A stretch of DNA of 11,794 nt. It comes from Candidatus Hodarchaeota archaeon (lineage in GTDB: Archaea; Asgardarchaeota; Heimdallarchaeia; Hodarchaeales; Hodarchaeaceae). Below are positions 8,501 to 11,794 of the stretch, piece by piece (the first letter of the stretch is position 1; each line of letters starts with the position of its first letter). Under the pieces are notes generated by a model, which saw nothing but the letters and a program-made list of their open reading frames with translations, was not told the origin of the DNA and made no database searches. Where the stretch lies: positions 1-11,794 of the forward strand of contig JAEOTQ010000247.1 in assembly GCA_016839785.1 (NCBI GenBank), in the 5' to 3' direction. A program made the position numbers and the translations under genes.

Positions 8501-10784
8501 GACCATCCTGGATCATGTGTATTTCACAAAGAATGATTCCATTTATGTTATTGTACAATCTTATGATGGAAAAGAGTATAGTATACCTTATAGAAGTGAA
8601 AATATCACAATAATCAATGCTCGTCCAGTGGCGTCCAATCTATCTATTAATCCCATTATCTCTTATACAACGGATTCCTTGAGTGTAAACTGGATTTATG
8701 AGGATCTTGATGACGATTTAGAAAGTACTCAAAACTTGATACATTGGTATAAGAACGGAATATTAGAATCGATTTTAAATGATTCTAAATACATAAGCTC
8801 TGCCAATACCAAAAGGGGAGATATCTGGGTTGTGACTCTTCAGGTGTTTGATGGTTTCAATTATAGTTTTCTTTATGAATCCGAGCCAATAACCATCTTA
8901 AACTCTCCAAGTACCATCACTCAAGTTGCAATTAATGGTAATATTGAATATACATATGCAGACACCTTTCTGAAAGCTGATTGGAATTTTGAAGACCCAG
9001 ATGGAGATTCTGAAGCTGATCATTTAATTTACTGGTTTTTAAACAATACTCTTCAAGCTGATCTTACCAATTTCACACTAATACCCAACTCAGACCTTTC
9101 ACAGGGTGACACTTGGTCTTTTGTCGTTCAGATATTCGATGGTGAAGATTGGTCATTGAACCATTCTTCTCAAGTGATATCGATTGTTGAGAATATCGTT
9201 TCTTCGCATGGTGTAGATTTGTTACCTGATAGTGAAGGATATAATCGTGAGGGATATTATCACCTCTGGATTAATGCGAGTGAATTTTGTGTCGATAATG
9301 GAGATATCTATGAGACAAGATATCAAATTACAATAAACAACACTCTTACTCTCCCAGAAAGAGTGACTGTTCTAAATAATGGAACTGATACCTTTTGGGT
9401 TCTGAATTATAACTTGTTGGACGATCTAGAAGAAGATTTTATCGCATATATCGATACAACTGCTGTTGTAACATTCACTGCACTAGCTAAAATACAAGGA
9501 AACTTCATAGTTAACTCTACTTTAACTTCTAATTTCACCATTGATGATCGATTTGCCCCACGGGTGACAAATGTATATTATGAATGGAATGATGATCGTA
9601 ATCCTACCAATCTCACATTTTACGCCAATCTACAGGAGTTTGGTTCAATCCCAGATGATATCCAAGTTACAGTTTATTATTCTTTTGACCCACCTGGGAC
9701 AACAAACCAAACAATTGGATTAGGTTCCATTGTGCTTCAGAATGGAGAACTCAAGGAAGCACAAATGAAATATGAGAATAAGACGGGAGAGAATCTCCTT
9801 TACTCCGTGACTGTTCCTTTTTCTCCCTCATCTGATGTAGAAATCCACTTCCGAATCCAAACTGAAGACAAACTAGGAAATAAGAATGAGAGTGCATTTA
9901 CTCATGAGCAACTTCAAACACCCCTTTCCTTCAAGTTACCTGGTTTTGATTTGGCTGATTTAATCCCGCTACTAGTTGTAGTCGGGGTGGTGCCTGCATT
10001 TCTTATCATTGTTGCTGTTTTAGCTCGGAGGAGACAACAAACTAGAATCTATAGAAAAAGACAAAAAGTGAAATCAATTGAGGAAAAATTAGCAGATATC
10101 TTCTCGTTAAGAGCAATTTTATGTCGAAATATGTTCGGCGTTCCTTTCTATACAGAAAATTTTGTAGAAGAGAGGCGAGACGGAGAATTAATTGCTGGAC
10201 TAACCTCGGCAATGACAGATTTCGTAAGTCAAGTAGCTCAAAGAGACATTAGTAGCGGGGAATTTGATGTTTTAGAAAGAGAGGGATTTAACATTCTATC
10301 TTATCATGGGGAATATTCCACGACTACGTTGATAGCAGAAACAAAACCAAGTTCTTACATTAAAGACAAACTTGTTGAAATAACTGACCAAATAGAAAGC
10401 AAATTTTCGAGGAATAGATTACAGGATTCTGAAATTTCTGGAACTCAAGAACCAATTAAAAAAATATTATATAAAACTCTTCCGCTGGGGTTATTTAAAC
10501 CACTAATTGTTGATGAGGAGCGTCTTAAAAAGCGAAAAAAGCACTTTAGTAAGGATGAGATAAAATGGTTTGAGTATGTGAAAGAAGTCCCATCATTCAT
10601 TGATGGTCAACAAGTATTCTACGCGATGACTTTTATTACTTCTCTTACTCTTCATGGGATTCCACTAACACAGGCTTTCAGCTTTCTTGAGACTTGTTAT
10701 GAGCTTGATGTAGTTCGTAACCTTACAGAGCAAGAGAGGAGTTTCTTTGAACCTGTTGTGGCAGTGGAACGACAACAGTATTAA
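2490..10784 (+). CDS. Giant (2764 aa) type I single-pass surface protein: signal peptide, Asp-box propeller-like domain, Ig-like repeat stalk, TM helix, cytoplasmic longin/roadblock-like domain
   Basis: Uninterrupted 8295-nt ORF. N-terminus has basic, hydrophobic and A-I-A segments. Two Asp-boxes, 16 ~95-aa repeats, TM LIPLLVVVGVVPAFLIIVAVLA followed by RRRQQTRIYRKRQK (positive-inside), and a 252-aa cytoplasmic tail. The exact start (GTG 2490 or 2493) is uncertain. Confidence 0.92.
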   Translation: MVKFSKGKVIRVLQHPLLNIILVIMVINVSAIAVTIPNTTRSEKIEKNIILPRLMCNTSLTHAIDGENGYYKPVSYLLDSTIHSDTLFDINTLSIETEFPPVKYSVQSGIGTEVLIDDATYDATDEYNPGPGVVFINGSHGYVFYQKTIDERSEIVYSKTTNGGDSWSSPIGLDSTFNDPTFRSFSVWYDQWTPGNSGDLIHIIVGAAGDYMEMYYNYLDTSDDSSSGAWTFLYGFEWHNAPDGGGAVTVSTEGYIFGALWGRRPGTDYPRIMKYDSSWTDISPEYAINTEEHDHGQLLPLSNGDIICIYEDSGQNNLYSFVYDEETDTWDSSATIVTSIVSGTTTGWEDANWGAVLDPDTYDVYLLLNNDVFANGGDMETWVFSDNDRSWSKKTDVLKNVGSSGDEVKPTYDPLTDTLYAIAIFGTNIYVKNSTDGGDSWGSFEEITTASEDWIVVRTNFISFGRVYAIYFDEPNDDLYGNTISLTDINPPVVNDFGVDDPGNGNIQFWANVTDDLSSVASVKLDLNDILYDMTLNETGYWIYQPSSVVYGDVFTYQIINASDTEGNYLTGGTQKDSITLTYDTVFPMVDDWEYFNDIGSFGTFNANVSDLWGEIDTVLVNVTKSAGVDRNDLLAIMIPSPSGYLNDTLQMDPGTIFFEIIVNDTVGNTETSSLHQGYVPEVNHPPTASNLTLSPDPLYSNDTLTLSYNFSDLDGDSDLGTEIRWYKNSIHQEAFDDEQDVQDFALFKGDKWNVSVRPKDGQDFGELVWSSIIVVQNNVPNITSYYTSPGTPTTSAVLNISYSYYDTDNDEENITNREIEWYKDGQPVGTLNDQISVPSSETKRGDNWHFKMRVHDGTNFSSWVISSNVTIINTAPFVSDYFVSPINPKTGDNLVANYTYSDPDSDSESESYIRWYRNGVINSTYTNQTTVPAAATKKGENWYFTVRPSDGTDYGSLKTASYVTISNTVPSVFTLNITPSIPKTGDILLADYTYDDPDDDPESGSEIIWYKGGILQGSLDSLTVSASLTAKDDEWHFKYRPCDGTDFGVWVSCPVNVTISNTAPTANNLMLTPVDAKTGDELTADYSYHDNDSETESGTEIIWYLNGTLQDLNDSFSIQSGNTSRGDEWHFKVRPKDGIDFGEWVDSPNITIRNTPPVVSEVEINNNDQSAQVDNETDLVASYSFFDADGDDENYSQRVILWYKGNPGELQSSLTNSLTVGHGNTTVGDIWYVNISLYDGFNNSNYIVSPSVSIGQTANVVPVASDLNISNPNPTTIDYLYINYTYYDTLHPESGSMYYWYRNNIHMSQFDGFRNLSYLATAKGEEWHVKVRPRDGIDFGVLVGLDPNVTIGNTPPSIVGLEVSPLNPISGNDLSINYEYNDIDGDSENGSEIIWYLNGTLQDLNDSFIIQSGNTSKGDEWHYKLRPRDGTDFGEWVSCPSNVTIGNTAPSVSSLNINPGNPRTGDALEANYSYFDTDFDSESNSIIRWYRNGEWDPTYNNQQTVSATATSKGENWYFTIQPGDGTDNGNLKTSPMITIANSAPSASGLSIIPSIPQTGQILNASFYFDDPDDDPTSGTEIIWYKTGILQGELNNSLTVPTSYTVKGQEWHFKVRPSDGTSSGGWISLPINTTIANTRPQMDSVILYPSGAVYTTQALVVNYESSDIDHDFITDYRIVWLINGSVEVPKLENKTEVPSNYTKKEDTWVCQVQAFDGEDWSDFKFPMTGIAILNSKPNVNSITITGGETTDDNIVISYNYTDPDGDFESYTQTQISWKIFHRGSLVIPPSTATIDNSWITAGDFVFCWIKPHDGEEFGDIMDSTAFEKGYLIVGNSPPELSTTPNILDSNDTTIFSAISSLHVNYTVTDVDHGESDEVYDIEVIDGLTVGAEYRWYRNDELKTMLDGPLVDSSYIHEGEIWMVSTRPRDRYGDFGNWVNSSPIVIGNSAPSILGFSWTTESPTTIDDLLFSYNYFDHDLDPEWVNMTMIQWYKNGTEMLAVENQTILDHVYFTKNDSIYVIVQSYDGKEYSIPYRSENITIINARPVASNLSINPIISYTTDSLSVNWIYEDLDDDLESTQNLIHWYKNGILESILNDSKYISSANTKRGDIWVVTLQVFDGFNYSFLYESEPITILNSPSTITQVAINGNIEYTYADTFLKADWNFEDPDGDSEADHLIYWFLNNTLQADLTNFTLIPNSDLSQGDTWSFVVQIFDGEDWSLNHSSQVISIVENIVSSHGVDLLPDSEGYNREGYYHLWINASEFCVDNGDIYETRYQITINNTLTLPERVTVLNNGTDTFWVLNYNLLDDLEEDFIAYIDTTAVVTFTALAKIQGNFIVNSTLTSNFTIDDRFAPRVTNVYYEWNDDRNPTNLTFYANLQEFGSIPDDIQVTVYYSFDPPGTTNQTIGLGSIVLQNGELKEAQMKYENKTGENLLYSVTVPFSPSSDVEIHFRIQTEDKLGNKNESAFTHEQLQTPLSFKLPGFDLADLIPLLVVVGVVPAFLIIVAVLARRRQQTRIYRKRQKVKSIEEKLADIFSLRAILCRNMFGVPFYTENFVEERRDGELIAGLTSAMTDFVSQVAQRDISSGEFDVLEREGFNILSYHGEYSTTTLIAETKPSSYIKDKLVEITDQIESKFSRNRLQDSEISGTQEPIKKILYKTLPLGLFKPLIVDEERLKKRKKHFSKDEIKWFEYVKEVPSFIDGQQVFYAMTFITSLTLHGIPLTQAFSFLETCYELDVVRNLTEQERSFFEPVVAVERQQY
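2820..3950 (+). other. BNR/Asp-box beta-propeller-like (sialidase-fold) head domain; boundaries approximate
   Basis: Asp-box motifs SKTTNGGDSWS (2961-2993) and STDGGDSW (3789-3812). Degenerate blade ends include YDEETDTWD and SDNDRSWS. Aromatic-rich short beta-strand pattern. Confidence 0.65.
4539..9191 (+). repeat. 16 tandem ~95-aa Ig-like beta-sandwich repeats (coding)
   Basis: Consensus N-x-x-P...L...Y.Y.D.D.D.E....I.WY.NG......T.KG..W.F..RP.DG.DFG.......VTI. The unit starts are NHPP, NNVP, NTAP, NTVP, NTAP, NTPP, NVVP, NTPP, NTAP, NSAP, NTRP, NSKP, NSPP, NSAP, NARP, NSPS (hand count of 16). Confidence 0.9.
5790..6803 (+). repeat. Nucleotide-level direct repeat pair 5790-5927 and 6666-6803 (Ig units 5 and 8)
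   Basis: Ungapped, offset 876 nt. Hand alignment gives 17 mismatches in 138 nt (about 88% identity) and 40/46 identical residues. Confidence 0.85.
9960..10025 (+). other. C-proximal transmembrane helix of the giant protein
   Basis: 22 uncharged residues LIPLLVVVGVVPAFLIIVAVLA, immediately followed by an Arg/Lys cluster. Confidence 0.9.
10098..10480 (+). other. Cytoplasmic longin/roadblock-like (profilin-like fold) domain
   Basis: beta-beta (LRAILCRNMFGVPFY), helix ELIAGLTSAMTDFVSQV (resembles the L-x-x-G-x-x-S-A-x-x-x-F helix of longin/roadblock proteins), three short strands (FDVLER, FNILSYHG, TTTLIAE), then helix SYIKDKLVEITDQIESKF and a final helix. This matches longin topology b-b-a-b-b-b-a-a. 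Confidence 0.65.
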
Positions 10785-10823
10785 AATTTGGAGTTTGTAA
10801 GGAAAAAACCAGCAAACTTTCCT

Positions 10824-10844
10824 CTTTTTTAACAATTAAAAAAG
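10824..10844. terminator. Candidate bidirectional oligo-T terminator / AT-rich inverted repeat between convergent genes
   Basis: CTTTTTTAA-caa-TTAAAAAAG is a perfect 9-bp inverted repeat giving a T6 tract on each strand, 40 nt after the giant ORF stop. Oligo-T tracts are typical archaeal terminators. Confidence 0.45.
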
Positions 10845-11225
10845 GTTACAGGGAAAAAATGGTTTCATTATATTTCTTCATCTCTAAATTTTCTCAATAT
10901 TGTCGGTTTTTTTAGTCCATTGCTCAACTAGAAAACCTTATTCTTTAACCAAGTGTTAATAGAATATCTAGTTAAACTTTTAAAATCCGATCACATGTAT
11001 TTCATCAGTGAAATCTCTCCCCAATACAATATTTCTGGAATTCCTCCATGATAGTTTTAAAACCTCATGTGTTTAAGAAAATCGAGAGAAGGTTTGAATG
11101 AGTTTATTCCAAAAGATACTCGAAAGAATGAAACAAATGAAAGCTTTTCAGATAATTATTGGGAAATTTGATTTTTTGAAAGAATTTCAAACGATAACGT
11201 AATAATGGCTACTAATTTTTTCCTA

Positions 11226-11792
11226 CTAATCTTGATTAATAATTCCTTGTTTTTTCAATATTTCTTTGGTTAAAAGAGAGAACGTTTCGCGAATATTCGC
11301 GTCTTGATAAGCTGATGTCTCAAGATATTTTATAGGTAAGAAATCTGGAATAACTTGATCTTCAAGAAAACCATAATCAATTCGAATCGAATCTTCAAGA
11401 TCAGACTTATTCCCAATTAATATATTTGGAATTTTATCCTTTCCAAGACGGTCGTCAATCTGTTGTTTCCATTCATAGAGGTCATCAAGGGTTTCAGGCC
11501 GAGTAAGATCAAATACTAAAAGCGCACCATGAGCTTTCCTGAAAAAAACATCTCGTAATGTTTGAAAGCGTTTTTGGCCCGCCACATCGAAGATAATAAG
11601 ATTAACAAGAAATCCATCTACTTCGATCTGCCGATTAGACGGATCGAGCCCTACAGTGAGTAAATAATTAAATTCAAACCTATCTTCGACATATCTTCGA
11701 ATAATTGATGTTTTTCCTACCGCTCCAGAACCGCAAACAATGATTTTCAAATGATATTTTGCCTTCTGATTGTTGTAATTCATTGATTTCAC
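11226..11792 (-). CDS. Rab-like small GTPase (Ras superfamily), no C-terminal prenylation motif
   Basis: G1 GSGAVGKT (11732-11709), G2 T in YLLTVGLD, G3 DVAGQ, G4 NKSD, G5 ETSAY. RabF-like motifs VGLDP, NLIIF, RFQTLR, FFRKA, LVFDLT. The start (GTG 11792 or ATG 11783) lies at the window edge. Confidence 0.93.
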   Translation of the reverse strand: MKSMNYNNQKAKYHLKIIVCGSGAVGKTSIIRRYVEDRFEFNYLLTVGLDPSNRQIEVDGFLVNLIIFDVAGQKRFQTLRDVFFRKAHGALLVFDLTRPETLDDLYEWKQQIDDRLGKDKIPNILIGNKSDLEDSIRIDYGFLEDQVIPDFLPIKYLETSAYQDANIRETFSLLTKEILKKQGIINQD

Positions 11793-11794
11793 TC

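Noticed and set aside
4539-9191. CRISPR array or other non-coding repeat
   Set aside because: The repeats are ~285-nt degenerate protein-coding units, not short identical repeats with spacers.

Overview
AT-rich window that looks archaeal, most plausibly Asgard (inferred from gene content, not from a marker gene). Left (182-2168, +): a SAM-dependent methyltransferase, an HgcA-like corrinoid membrane protein with a non-canonical cap helix (NVWCSAAGG), and an HgcB-like 2[4Fe-4S] ferredoxin lacking the C-terminal Hg-binding cysteines. This may be a B12/SAM methyl-transfer module for a substrate other than mercury. Centre (2490-10784, +): a 2764-aa single-pass membrane protein with a signal peptide, an Asp-box beta-propeller-like head, 16 tandem acidic Ig-like repeats, one TM helix, and a cytoplasmic longin/roadblock-like domain plus a small C-terminal domain. 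Right (11226-11792, -): a convergent Rab-like small GTPase with no prenylation tail. The strongest candidate for a novel system is a giant surface receptor fused to a longin-like GTPase-regulator domain, next to a Rab-like GTPase. All domain calls come from reading motifs by eye; no database search was run.
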